Source of the DNA: Dongiaceae bacterium
Lineage (GTDB): Bacteria; Verrucomicrobiota; Verrucomicrobiia; Limisphaerales; JAFMIX01
DNA length: 64,000 bases
Assembly (NCBI GenBank): GCA_035492855.1
Contig: DATJIU010000125.1
Span: 4,025 to 68,024, forward strand
Direction of reading: 5' to 3'
Shown: piece by piece, positions 28,543-37,833 of the stretch
How the letters are laid out: each line of letters starts with the position of its first letter
Numbering within the stretch: the first letter of the stretch is position 1
The notes under the pieces: model-generated
Told to the model about the DNA's origin: nothing
What the model saw: the letters and a program-made list of their open reading frames with translations, nothing else
Database searches by the model: none
Position numbers and translations under genes: made by a program

Positions 28543-29032
28543 GCGCGGCAAAATCAAACTAAACTTTCCGGGCGGAAAGTCGAGTGCGGCATCGGGAAAA
28601 TGAAGCGGCGGGCGGTGGTCCGGACAATGATCTGAATTTTGGGAGTGGGCTCACAACCCGCCGCAGAAATTGAAAGGACCGGGGTCGCGGCAGTCGAACT
28701 GATGGCGGTTCGCCATGGTGGCCGTCCGCCGGGACCAAGAAAGAACAAACACCTCTTGGCAGCTGGCGCTGTCAACCCGCGGTTTCACGGCGGTTATTTC
28801 GGTGTTTGGGGGCACACCTCCTGCGAAGCCCTTAAATTGTGAAAATGGTTCCGGTCGTCCTGGCCGACACCGGCGCTGACGCTGGCGCGGGAACTCCACC
28901 CGGCGCGGGCGGGGTTCCGGTGCCGCAATGAATTTGGCGCGGGCGGATGTCATCGGGACGTCATGGGTTTATAGTTCATGTTGGTTGCCTTTCATTGCTG
29001 CCATGGTTCGTCAATTACCGTCAGTTTCCGGG

Positions 29033-29068
29033 AAACAAAAAACCCTGCTTACAACGCGGTAAGCAGGG
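29033..29068 (-). terminator. rho-independent terminator on the minus strand, with no annotated gene upstream of it
   Basis: A perfect 10-bp stem, ccctgcttac / gtaagcaggg (29043-29068), with a 6-nt loop. Read on the minus strand it is followed by TTTTTTGTTT. On the plus strand an A-tract follows, so it functions only for minus-strand transcripts. Confidence 0.6.
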
Positions 29069-29470
29069 TGCAAAAAAATCGTAATCCAATACGCTACCTG
29101 CCTGCCTCCATGAAATCCCGTTTGACTGCGGAACGATGCCCGGAAATGCTCCCGGAATGCCGCCGCCAGAACGCGCCACGCAATCCCAGACGGCCCTGAC
29201 GGAGCCCGGTGGCTTCCGGCAGTTGCGCCCGGCGGTTGCTGGTAATGTTCATGGAGTATGTCATCAAATGTGAAAGACGAATATCACACCGGCACGGTTA
29301 CCGTCCACTTATACTTTGCGGGTGGGCATTATCTTGAATCCGAATATCTGAATGCATTGATGGATGGTTTTATGCGCGGAAACCCAGTTCTGCCGGAGTT
29401 TCCTAATGGTTGTCATTACCGGCAGGGTTCTGCGCTTGCAAACAACGGTTAAGTTGTTACACCGGAGCGC

Positions 29471-30880
29471 ATGCGTTTTGGAACCAATGCCGCTTTTAAA
29501 CTGAGTTTCGGGGCTGTTGCGGGAATGGCCGTTTTGCTGACCACCGGGTTGCACGCCGAGGAGACTTCCTGGCCGTATGCCGCCGCGCAGGACGCGGCCT
29601 GGAGCGCCCGGGGTTGCACCAATGACACCAAGGGCGCGTGGTTTCGCGCCGCCAAATTCGGGGCGTTCATTCATTTTGGCGTCTACTCCGGTTTGGGCGG
29701 TTACTGGCAGGGCAAGGGCCCGTATGACCCCGCGGAGCAAATCATGGGGCTGGGCGATCATCACGCCGCCATCCCGGTGGACCAGTATCGCACGGAAGTC
29801 GCCGGGACGTTCGATCCCACCAACTTCAACGCGCACGAGTGGGTGAGTCTCATCAAGGCCGCCGGCCAGAAATACGTCATCGTGACCACCAAGCATCACG
29901 ACGGCTTTTGCATGTTCAATACCGCCACCACCAGCAACAACGTGGTGGCCGCCACGCCATTCAAGCGCGACGTCATCAAGGAACTCGCCGCTGAATGCCA
30001 GCGGCAGGGCATCGTGTTCTGCCCCTATTATTCCATCGGCGACTGGAGCGCCGCCCAGGTGATGAACCCGGAATACAAAACCTATCCGGATTATATGCGC
30101 GCCCAGTTGAAGGAACTGCTCAGCAACTATGGCGACATCAAAATGCTGTGGTTCGACAACTATTGGTATGTGGATGGCCAGTGGAAAAACGACCTGCCCC
30201 ATGCCAAGGAACTCTACGCCTACGTGCGGTCACTGAGCCCGACGGTGCTGATCAACGACCGCTGCGGGCGCGGGGCGAGCTCCACCGATGGCGATTACGC
30301 CACGCCGGAGAACCAGTTGAAAGGTTCGCGGCAGAGCCGGTATTTTGAGGTCGTGATGACCGACACGGAGGATGACAACTGGGGCTGGGTGCGCACCGCC
30401 ACCAATTATCGCAAGCCCGCGGACCTCATCCGCAATCTGATTGATTGCACCAGCAAGGGCGGCAATTTTGTGCTCAACGTGGGCCCCACCGCCACCGGCG
30501 AATTTCCCGAGCAGCACAAGGCCATCCTCGCCGTTATGGGCAAATGGCTGGCCACGAACGGCGCCGCCATTTACGACACCGTGCCGGCGCCCGAATGCGA
30601 ACCCGAGGCGTTGGACGGCTTCAAATGTTACACCACCAAAAAGGGCGCCAGCATCTTTCTGCACGTGCTGTCGTGGCCGGCGGCAGGCCAGCGTGCCGCG
30701 GTGCGCGTGAATCGGGACGACCTGCTCCAGGCGCAATGGCTGGATGGCTCGTTGCCCGCGCCCGATTATGCCGGCACCGTGAGCAACCGCGTCACCGAGG
30801 TGACCTTCGCCGCGCCCGCCCAACCCGACCCCTACGCCACGGTCCTGCAACTCACCTTCAAACATCCGGTGGCGGAGTAA
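29471..30880 (+). CDS. alpha-L-fucosidase (GH29)
   Basis: A 469-aa ORF with a signal peptide. GH29 blocks seen: WFRAAKFGAFIHFGVYS, QKYVIVTTKHHDGFCMFNT and GNFVLNVGPTATGEFP. Confidence 0.85.
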   Translation: MRFGTNAAFKLSFGAVAGMAVLLTTGLHAEETSWPYAAAQDAAWSARGCTNDTKGAWFRAAKFGAFIHFGVYSGLGGYWQGKGPYDPAEQIMGLGDHHAAIPVDQYRTEVAGTFDPTNFNAHEWVSLIKAAGQKYVIVTTKHHDGFCMFNTATTSNNVVAATPFKRDVIKELAAECQRQGIVFCPYYSIGDWSAAQVMNPEYKTYPDYMRAQLKELLSNYGDIKMLWFDNYWYVDGQWKNDLPHAKELYAYVRSLSPTVLINDRCGRGASSTDGDYATPENQLKGSRQSRYFEVVMTDTEDDNWGWVRTATNYRKPADLIRNLIDCTSKGGNFVLNVGPTATGEFPEQHKAILAVMGKWLATNGAAIYDTVPAPECEPEALDGFKCYTTKKGASIFLHVLSWPAAGQRAAVRVNRDDLLQAQWLDGSLPAPDYAGTVSNRVTEVTFAAPAQPDPYATVLQLTFKHPVAE

Positions 30881-30911
30881 ATCCGATTCAGAGCCGGTAA
30901 ACGCCATGCGG

Positions 30912-31031
30912 GGTAGGGCGGGCAGTCCTCTGCCCGCCGCGGCGTGGCGCATCAAACGACGATACGTTTGCGGTGAGACCAGAACCTGTTGGCATAGTCG
31001 TGACGGCGCGCACGGAGTGACGCGCCCTACC
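30912..31031. repeat. 120-bp palindromic REP/MITE-like element
   Basis: The outer perfect 9-bp inverted repeat is ggtagggcg (30912-30920) and cgccctacc (31023-31031). Each arm holds a GC hairpin. The first is ggcgggcag-tcct-ctgcccgcc (30917-30938). The second is ggcgcg-cacggagtga-cgcgcc (31005-31026). It is intergenic, between the two GH genes. Confidence 0.6.
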
Positions 31032-31205
31032 GCAACGGGTTGGCATCGCTTCGCGACCAAACCGCAGTTGATTCGTTCTCCCAGCCGGTCAGCACCAACC
31101 TCCCCGCTTTCGGGGATACGGGCCGGAAGCGAAAGCGCCTATCATCACTGCTGCTTCCGGCCCCGGCTTTGTGCTGACGGCGGGCAGGGAAGGCTGATGG
31201 GTTGA

Positions 31206-32564
31206 ATGATGTGTCGAATCTTTTCATTGCGGGGCGGGCTGCTCGCCGCGCTGGCTGGGATGGTTGGAGTCTGGGGTTTTGCCGGTTGCTCGTGGGGAGA
31301 ACCCCGGAATGCTGCCACCGGACCAACCAACGCGGATACTTATCCCGCAGACATCGTGGCGCCGTATCATGGCCCGGTCGTTCATGGCGTGGATACCCAG
31401 ACGCTCACCGGCAAGGTGATGTGCGGTTATCAGGGCTGGTTTGGCGCCCCGGGCGATGGCCGGCCGGACCACAACTGGCAGCATTGGACCAAGAACTGGG
31501 GGGGCAATTTTACCGATGGCAACGTCAAGGTGGATTTGTGGCCGGACGTTTCCGAACTGGGCGACTCCGAACGCTTTGCCACCGCTTTTCAACTGCCCGA
31601 TGGCCGGCCCGCCGAGGTGTTCAGCTCGTATGAAAAGGCCACCGTGCTCCGGCATTTCCAATGGATGCATGATTACGGCCTGGACGGCGTCTTTGTGCAG
31701 CGGTTTGCCAACGGCCTCAAGAACCCTTCCAGCCTGCGCCATTGCAATACCGTGCTGGCCAGTTGCCGCGAGGGCGCCAACCGTTATGGCCGCACCTATG
31801 CGGTGATGTACGACCTCAGCGGGCTGCCGGGCGGCCGCATCGCGGATGTGATGGACGACTGGCGGATGCTCCGGCGCGACATGACCATCACCGCCGACCC
31901 CGCCTATCTGCATCACCGGGGCAAACCCGTGGTGGCTGTGTGGGGTATCGGCTTCAGCGATCATCGCGATTACACCCTGGCCGAATGCCGCCGGCTCGTG
32001 GAGTTTTTGAAGCAGGACGGTTGCACGGTCATGATCGGCGTGCCGGCCCACTGGCGGGAGTTGCGCGACGACGCCCTCGACAACCCGGAACTGCTGAAAA
32101 TCGCCGCCGCGGCGGACATCATCAGTCCGTGGACCGTTGGTCGCTACGGTGACCCGGCTGGAGCGGAGCGGTACGCGGAACAGCAGTTAAAGCCCGACCT
32201 CGCGTGGTGCCGGCAGCGGGGCATTGATTATCTGCCCGTGGTGTTTCCCGGCTTCAGCTGGCATAACATGAAGGGCGGCCCGCTGAATCAGATTCCCCGG
32301 CTGCACGGCAAGTTTCTGCAAACCCAGTTCGCCCAGGCGTGGCAGGCCGGGGCGACGATGGCTTATGTGGCCATGTTCGATGAAGTGGACGAGGGCACGG
32401 CCATCTTCAAATGCGCCAACGCCGTGCCGGAAGGCGAGCGCTCGCAATTTTTGACGTACGAAGGGCTGCCGTCCGATTTCTACTTAAAACTGGTCGGCGC
32501 GGCCACCCGGCAGTTTCACGGCGAAACCAACGCCGCCGCGTGGCTGACGCTGCGGAACCGTTAG
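31206..32564 (+). CDS. GH99-like / GH71-99-like TIM-barrel glycoside hydrolase family protein, lipoprotein
   Basis: A 452-aa ORF. The lipobox-like signal is LAGMVGVWGFAGCS. Motifs seen are VMCGYQGWFGAPGDG and MFDEVDEGTAIFKC. The latter resembles the acidic xxEWxEGT catalytic block of GH99-type enzymes. The exact family is uncertain. Confidence 0.55.
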   Translation: MMCRIFSLRGGLLAALAGMVGVWGFAGCSWGEPRNAATGPTNADTYPADIVAPYHGPVVHGVDTQTLTGKVMCGYQGWFGAPGDGRPDHNWQHWTKNWGGNFTDGNVKVDLWPDVSELGDSERFATAFQLPDGRPAEVFSSYEKATVLRHFQWMHDYGLDGVFVQRFANGLKNPSSLRHCNTVLASCREGANRYGRTYAVMYDLSGLPGGRIADVMDDWRMLRRDMTITADPAYLHHRGKPVVAVWGIGFSDHRDYTLAECRRLVEFLKQDGCTVMIGVPAHWRELRDDALDNPELLKIAAAADIISPWTVGRYGDPAGAERYAEQQLKPDLAWCRQRGIDYLPVVFPGFSWHNMKGGPLNQIPRLHGKFLQTQFAQAWQAGATMAYVAMFDEVDEGTAIFKCANAVPEGERSQFLTYEGLPSDFYLKLVGAATRQFHGETNAAAWLTLRNR

Positions 32565-32803
32565 CAACTGGTAAACCCCCAGCAAGCTCTGCCACAGCGG
32601 TCCAAGACACCGTGGCAACCTCTCCGATTCGATAAAAACGATGTTAATCCTTGCCGGCATGATGTTTGGAGGCAGTTTTCACATTTCGGCCATTTACCCA
32701 GCCGCCCAAGAAAACCCAACTCGCAGCTTGCCTTTTGGGCGGGTTTGGCTACCTTTGCGCGCTCGCTGTTGCGTTTGAGGTGACGGCGCAACCAATTACA
32801 TTT

Positions 32804-33361
32804 ATGGCTACAGCAAACGATCTTCGCCGCGGCATGGCGATCAATTATAACGGCGACATCGCGGTCGTCCTGGATACGCAACACCGGACCCCCGGCAACC
32901 TGCGCGCCTTTGTGCAGGCCAGCATCCGCAGCATCCGCACCGGCAAGTCTTCCGATGTGCGCTTCAGCTCCACCGAAAAAATCGAGGTTATCCCCATGAT
33001 GACCCGCAAGATGGAGTTCAGCTACAAGGACCAGGAAGACTATGTGTTTTCCGACCCGGAAAACTACGAGACCGTGACCGTCACCCCGGAAATCGTGGGC
33101 GACGCCAAGAATTTCCTCGTTGAAAACGCCCAGGTCACCGTGACCATTGTGGAAGAAAAGGTGGTTTCCGTGGAACTGCCCTCCAGCGTGGTGCTCACCG
33201 TCACCGACGCGCCGGAAGGCATCCGGGGGGATTCCGCCAACAACGTCCAGAAAACGGTTACCGTGGAAACCGGCATCACCGTACAGGCGCCGCTGTTCAT
33301 CAAGACCGGCGAGAAGATCAAGATTGATACCCGCACCGGCAAATACATGGAACGCGCCTGA
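32804..33361 (+). CDS. efp: elongation factor P family protein (EfpL/YeiP-like subtype)
   Basis: The track ORF is 32666..33361. The ATG at 32804 gives a 185-aa protein starting MATANDLRRGMAINYNGDIAVVLD. The loop is HRTPGNLRAFVQ. It also has FSYKDQEDYVFSDPENYE and ends KIDTRTGKYMERA. Confidence 0.9.
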   Translation: MATANDLRRGMAINYNGDIAVVLDTQHRTPGNLRAFVQASIRSIRTGKSSDVRFSSTEKIEVIPMMTRKMEFSYKDQEDYVFSDPENYETVTVTPEIVGDAKNFLVENAQVTVTIVEEKVVSVELPSSVVLTVTDAPEGIRGDSANNVQKTVTVETGITVQAPLFIKTGEKIKIDTRTGKYMERA

Positions 33362-33389
33362 GCGGCGCCTCCTCCGGTTGTCCTTTTAG

Positions 33390-33414
33390 CCCGCCAATTC
33401 TGGCGGGTTTTTTT
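33390..33414 (+). terminator. rho-independent terminator after efp
   Basis: The stem is cccgcca / tggcggg (33390-33407) with loop attc. Seven T residues follow at 33408-33414. Confidence 0.75.
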
Positions 33415-33473
33415 ATTTCCCCCAGCGCCAAGAAGTTCTTTCCAACGGTAACGCTTCCAGCTAAAGATGCTGC

Positions 33474-35252
33474 ATGCCTGAGCCCAGTCGCAAGGGAGAA
33501 CGGGTTTACCGGGGGCTCCCGGTTTCGGCCGGCGTCTGCCGCGGTAAAATCCTCGTCTTGAACAAACCCCGCTCCGGGGTGGCCCGCCGCGATATTGGCG
33601 AAGCCCAGGTGGCGGAGGAAATCCAGCGCCTGAGTCACGCCCTGAGCCAGACCCGGCAACAGGTGCTCGAGGTGCAGCGCCAGGTGAAGGCCGGGTTGGG
33701 CGACGCCGAGGGCGGCATCTTTGATGCGCACCTGCTGGTGCTCGAAGACCCCGTGCTCATTGAGGAAGTCACCCGGATTGTCCGTCGCGAAAAGGTCAAT
33801 GCGGAATATGCCTTTAACGTCGTGGCCGAAAAATACGCCAGCGCCCTGGCGGCCATCGAGGACGAGTATTTGCGCGAGCGGTCCAACGACATGCGCGACG
33901 TCACCTCGCGGGTGATGCAGAATTTGGCGGGAGAAAAGGTGGGGCCGGATCTGCAAAATCTGCCCGAGCCGTGCATCATCATCAGCCATGACCTGACCCC
34001 CTCCACCACCGCGCAGCTGGACAAGGACAAGGTGCTGGGCTTTGGCACCGATGTGGGCAGCCAGACATCGCACACCGCCATCATGGCGCGCTCCATGCGC
34101 ATTCCCGCCGTGGTGGGGTTGAAGGATGCCAGCGAGGTTTTTACGGATGGCGACTACGCGTTGCTGGATGGCTTCAACGGCGTGATCATTGTCAACCCCA
34201 CCGACCAGACCCTGTTTGAATACGGCCAGTTGGTCCGGCGGCAGGACACCCTGCAACAGAAGCTCCAGGACCTGCAGGGCAAGCCGGCGGTGACCCTGGA
34301 TGGCCATGCGGTGATGCTCTCCGCCAATATCGAACAGTCCAGCGACGTGGAGAGCGTCCTGTCCTGCGGCGCCGACGGCGTGGGGCTGTTCCGCACCGAA
34401 TACCTGTTCATCAACCGCGCCGAACTGCCCACCGAGGAACAGCAATATGCCGCCTACCTGGAAATTGCGGCGGCGTTGAAACCGCAACCGGTGGTCATCC
34501 GCACCCTGGACCTGGGCGGCGACAAGTTTTTGTCCCATCTGACCATGCCCCAGGAAATGAATCCGTTCCTGGGCTGGCGGGCCATCCGGTTCTGCTTGCA
34601 GGAGCGCGAGGTGTTCCGCGCCCAGTTGCGCGCCATCCTGCGCGCCAGCGCCCAGGGCAACGTAAAGATGATGTACCCGATGATTTCGGGGCTGGACGAA
34701 TTGAACCAGGCCAACGCCCTCGTGGCCGAGTACAAGGAGGAGTTGCGCCGCGAAAAAATTCCCTTCGACGAAAAACTGGAAATCGGCGCGATGATCGAAA
34801 TTCCCTCCGCCGTCATGGTGGCGGACGCCCTGGCCAAGCGCGCCCGGTTTTTCAGCATCGGGACCAATGATCTCATCCAGTACTCGATGGCCGTGGACCG
34901 GTTGAACGAAAAGATCGCGCATCTGTACGAGCCCACGCACCCGGCCATTGTGCGCCTGATCAAGGCCACGGTGGATGCCGCCCACGCCCAGGGCATTCCC
35001 GTGAGTGTCTGTGGCGAGATGGCCGGCGAGCCGGTGCTCGCGCCGCTGCTGCTCGGCCTGGGGGTGGACGAACTCAGCGCCGCGCCGCCGCATGTGCCCT
35101 CGCTCAAGTTCCTGATCCGCCGGCTCAAAATTTCCGAGGCCCGGGAACTTGCGGAGTTCGCATTGACATGCGAATCGGCTTCGGAAATTCTCTCGCGCGC
35201 GCGGACGCTGGCAAGGAGCGTCGCGCCCAGTCTGTTCGAGACCGAAAAATAA
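33474..35252 (+). CDS. ptsI: phosphoenolpyruvate-protein phosphotransferase (PTS enzyme I)
   Basis: A 592-aa ORF. The active-site His context is GSQTSHTAIMARSMRIPAVVG. The PEP-utilising TIM barrel has RTLDLGGDK, FFSIGTNDLIQY and VSVCGEMAGEP. Confidence 0.9.
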   Translation: MPEPSRKGERVYRGLPVSAGVCRGKILVLNKPRSGVARRDIGEAQVAEEIQRLSHALSQTRQQVLEVQRQVKAGLGDAEGGIFDAHLLVLEDPVLIEEVTRIVRREKVNAEYAFNVVAEKYASALAAIEDEYLRERSNDMRDVTSRVMQNLAGEKVGPDLQNLPEPCIIISHDLTPSTTAQLDKDKVLGFGTDVGSQTSHTAIMARSMRIPAVVGLKDASEVFTDGDYALLDGFNGVIIVNPTDQTLFEYGQLVRRQDTLQQKLQDLQGKPAVTLDGHAVMLSANIEQSSDVESVLSCGADGVGLFRTEYLFINRAELPTEEQQYAAYLEIAAALKPQPVVIRTLDLGGDKFLSHLTMPQEMNPFLGWRAIRFCLQEREVFRAQLRAILRASAQGNVKMMYPMISGLDELNQANALVAEYKEELRREKIPFDEKLEIGAMIEIPSAVMVADALAKRARFFSIGTNDLIQYSMAVDRLNEKIAHLYEPTHPAIVRLIKATVDAAHAQGIPVSVCGEMAGEPVLAPLLLGLGVDELSAAPPHVPSLKFLIRRLKISEARELAEFALTCESASEILSRARTLARSVAPSLFETEK

Positions 35253-35301
35253 CCAGCCCGGCACGGGGAGGCCGGGCGAACCAAATCGCGAAGCCAACAC
35301 T

Positions 35302-36048
35302 ATGAAAGTTATTATTCTGGCCGCCGGGTACGCCACCCGGCTTTATCCGCTCACGCTCAATACGCCCAAACCCCTGCTGCCCGTGGCCGGCCGGCCGATG
35401 ATTGATTACGTGATGGACAACCTGGCGCCCATTACCGGCATTGACCGCGTTTATGTGGTCACCAACGCCAAGTTTGCCGGCCATTTCCAGAAATGGGCCG
35501 ATGATTACCGGGCCCACAAATCGCCGCTCGCCTTCACCGTGGTAAACGATGGCTCGACCGACGATTCCAACAAGCTCGGCGCCATCGGCGACATCCATTA
35601 CGTCCTCGACCGCGAGAAGGTGGACGATGACGTCATTGTGGTGGCGGGCGACAATCTCTTCAGCGAAAAGCTCGGCGACTTCGGCCGGCTCTGCCGCGAG
35701 AAAAAGGCGCCCGTGCTCGCGCTGTACGACGTCGGCGACCTGGAGCAGATCAAGAAATACAATTCCATTACGGTGGACGCCGCGAGGCGCATTACTTTCT
35801 TTGAGGAGAAGCCCAAGAACCCCACCAGCACGCGCACGGGCATCGCGCTCTATTATTATCCCAAGAGCAGCTTGCCGCTCATCCGGCAATACATCGCCGA
35901 GGGCAACAACCCCGACCAGCCCGGCCGGCTGGTGCAGTGGTTGTATCCCCGCACGCCGTTCTACACCTGGGACGTGCCCGGGCTGTGGTTCGACATCGGT
36001 TCCAAGGAAACGCTGGAGGAAGCCAACCGCATCTTCGCGGCCCGGTAA
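35302..36048 (+). CDS. sugar-phosphate nucleotidyltransferase family protein
   Basis: A 248-aa ORF. The N-terminal NTP-transferase signature is MKVIILAAGYATRLYPLTLNTPKPLLPVAGRPMIDY. Confidence 0.8.
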   Translation: MKVIILAAGYATRLYPLTLNTPKPLLPVAGRPMIDYVMDNLAPITGIDRVYVVTNAKFAGHFQKWADDYRAHKSPLAFTVVNDGSTDDSNKLGAIGDIHYVLDREKVDDDVIVVAGDNLFSEKLGDFGRLCREKKAPVLALYDVGDLEQIKKYNSITVDAARRITFFEEKPKNPTSTRTGIALYYYPKSSLPLIRQYIAEGNNPDQPGRLVQWLYPRTPFYTWDVPGLWFDIGSKETLEEANRIFAAR

Positions 36049-36346
36049 GCGGCGCTCCAGTGCCGGAGGGTCGGCATCTTTGTGGTGACCGCCCGCCCAA
36101 AATATTAAGCTCCGTCAGGAGTGCCATCCGCGGACCCGGTGCGGAGCTGGTGCTCGTGCGGAGCTTGTCGTTTTAAAGCGCCGGGTGGCGGCAAGGAAGC
36201 CGCGCCTGCACCGGTGGGTCAATGAATGCCTGGTTATGACGCACGGGACACTGGCGCGTTGTCCTACGGGTGAGTTAATGTCTGGCCTCAAGGATGACCC
36301 AGCGAACCGTCCCTGGCATTGGGTCTTAACTCAATACAATCAGAAT

Positions 36347-37825
36347 ATGAATCTGCCTTCCCCCTCTTCCAACTCACGATGCAGATTGAAACCCACCTTT
36401 CCCCGGGCCACGGTGGCGCTGCTGGCGGCATCTCTGGCCGGGCCTGCGGCCTGGGCGGCCGAGGCGCCCGCGGGGAAAACCGCTCCCAGCACCACGCTGC
36501 TGAATGACTGGCTGCGGGCGCAGTCACCTGAATTCAAAGCTTGGGACTTGGGCGGGCAGATCCGCTTCCGCTACGAGGACAAGCCGAATGCCGGGACTTT
36601 TCCCAACGCGGATTTTATTGCAGCCGGACCGGCCAATGACGATGAGTTCATCCTGTTCCGGGAACGGTTGCACCTCGGTTACCAGCCGGAATCGTGGCTG
36701 AAGTTTTACGTGGAGGCGCAGGACGCCTCGGGTTATTGGGATGAGCGGACGCCTTCGCCGAACACGGATGTTTTTGATTTGCAGCAGGCGTACTTGCAAT
36801 GGGGCGACGGCAAGAAATGCCCGTTCAGTCTCAAATTGGGCCGACAGGAACTGGTGTATGGCGACGAGCGGTTTGTGGGGCGGGGCGACTGGAGCAATAC
36901 TGGTCGGGTGTTTGACGCCATCAAACTGCGGGCCGAAGGCAGCGCCGGCTGGGTGGATGGGTTCACCTCGCACGTGGTGGTGCCCTACGATGATCATTTC
37001 AACGAGAGCAACGACGAGGACTGGTTCTCGGGCGTTTATGCCGCCACGCGCCGGGGCGTGCCCTGGCAGGAAACGCAGGTGTATTGCCTGGTGCGCAATT
37101 ACAGCGCCGCCGCGGCCGATGCCATTGCGCCCGGCGTGCCGGGGTCGCCCAAGACCGCGCGGGACATCGTCACCTTCGGCACGTTGTGGAAATCGCTGCC
37201 CGGCAAACTGGGCGGTTGGGATTACAGCCTCGAAGTCGCCGGGCAATTGGGCACGGTGAATTCAGGCGGGGTGCGGCGCGACCAGCGGTCGTACGCGGTT
37301 TTTGCCAGCGGCGGTTATACCTTGACCAAAGCGTGGGCGAGCCCGCGGTTGGGCATTGGATATGAACACGGTTCCGGTGACAGCAATCCCAACGATGGCA
37401 CGGTGGAGACGTTTGAAAACGTCTTTGGCACGCAACACAGACCGTATGGGCAGATGGATCTGTTCGGGGCGCGCAACATGCACATCCCCAAGTTGAGCCT
37501 GACGGCCAAGCCCGCCAAGAATTTTACCGTGGGAGTGGATTACCTGTGGTTCATCCTGGCGGATCCCAATGACTACCTGTATCCCGAGTCCGGCAGCGGC
37601 CGCAGCGGCAACGGGTACGGCATCCATCCCGGCTATGATGCCTATGTTGGCTCCGAACTGGACCTGGTAGGCACATACACGTTCAAGAACTGGGGCGTCC
37701 TCCAGGCTGGGTATGGCCATTTCTTTGTTGGTGAGTATGTTACGCAATCAGTGGGCAGCGTGCCGGCCAACGGCGGCACTACCGATGCCGACTGGTTCTT
37801 TGCCCAAGTGACTTTCAACTTTTAA
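36347..37825 (+). CDS. alginate-export-family outer membrane beta-barrel porin
   Basis: The track ORF is 36185..37825. The ATG at 36347 gives the signal peptide MNLPSPSS...LAGPAAWAAE. The Alginate_exp-like pattern is IRFRYEDK, FRERLHLGY, DLQQAYLQWG, LGRQELVYGDERFVGRGDWSNTGRVFDAIKLR. The protein ends in F (VTFNF). Confidence 0.7.
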   Translation: MNLPSPSSNSRCRLKPTFPRATVALLAASLAGPAAWAAEAPAGKTAPSTTLLNDWLRAQSPEFKAWDLGGQIRFRYEDKPNAGTFPNADFIAAGPANDDEFILFRERLHLGYQPESWLKFYVEAQDASGYWDERTPSPNTDVFDLQQAYLQWGDGKKCPFSLKLGRQELVYGDERFVGRGDWSNTGRVFDAIKLRAEGSAGWVDGFTSHVVVPYDDHFNESNDEDWFSGVYAATRRGVPWQETQVYCLVRNYSAAAADAIAPGVPGSPKTARDIVTFGTLWKSLPGKLGGWDYSLEVAGQLGTVNSGGVRRDQRSYAVFASGGYTLTKAWASPRLGIGYEHGSGDSNPNDGTVETFENVFGTQHRPYGQMDLFGARNMHIPKLSLTAKPAKNFTVGVDYLWFILADPNDYLYPESGSGRSGNGYGIHPGYDAYVGSELDLVGTYTFKNWGVLQAGYGHFFVGEYVTQSVGSVPANGGTTDADWFFAQVTFNF

Positions 37826-37833
37826 GACTCTTT

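Noticed and set aside
29258-29452. 64-aa plus-strand ORF just upstream of the GH29 gene (MSSNVKDEYHTGTVTVHLYF...).
   Set aside because: Its codon usage is dominated by A/T-ending codons, unlike the host genes. It has no motif and lies in a promoter-like AT-rich stretch. It is not reported as a gene.
28543-29470. tmRNA, RNase P RNA, SRP RNA or a riboswitch in the gene-free region next to the tRNA.
   Set aside because: I looked for the conserved boxes I know on both strands and did not find them. These were the RNase P GGAAAGUCCGG/ACAGAA blocks, a tmRNA tRNA-like 3' end, the SRP GGAA/AGCA motif and the B12 box. The possibility of an sRNA is kept only as a low-interest finding.
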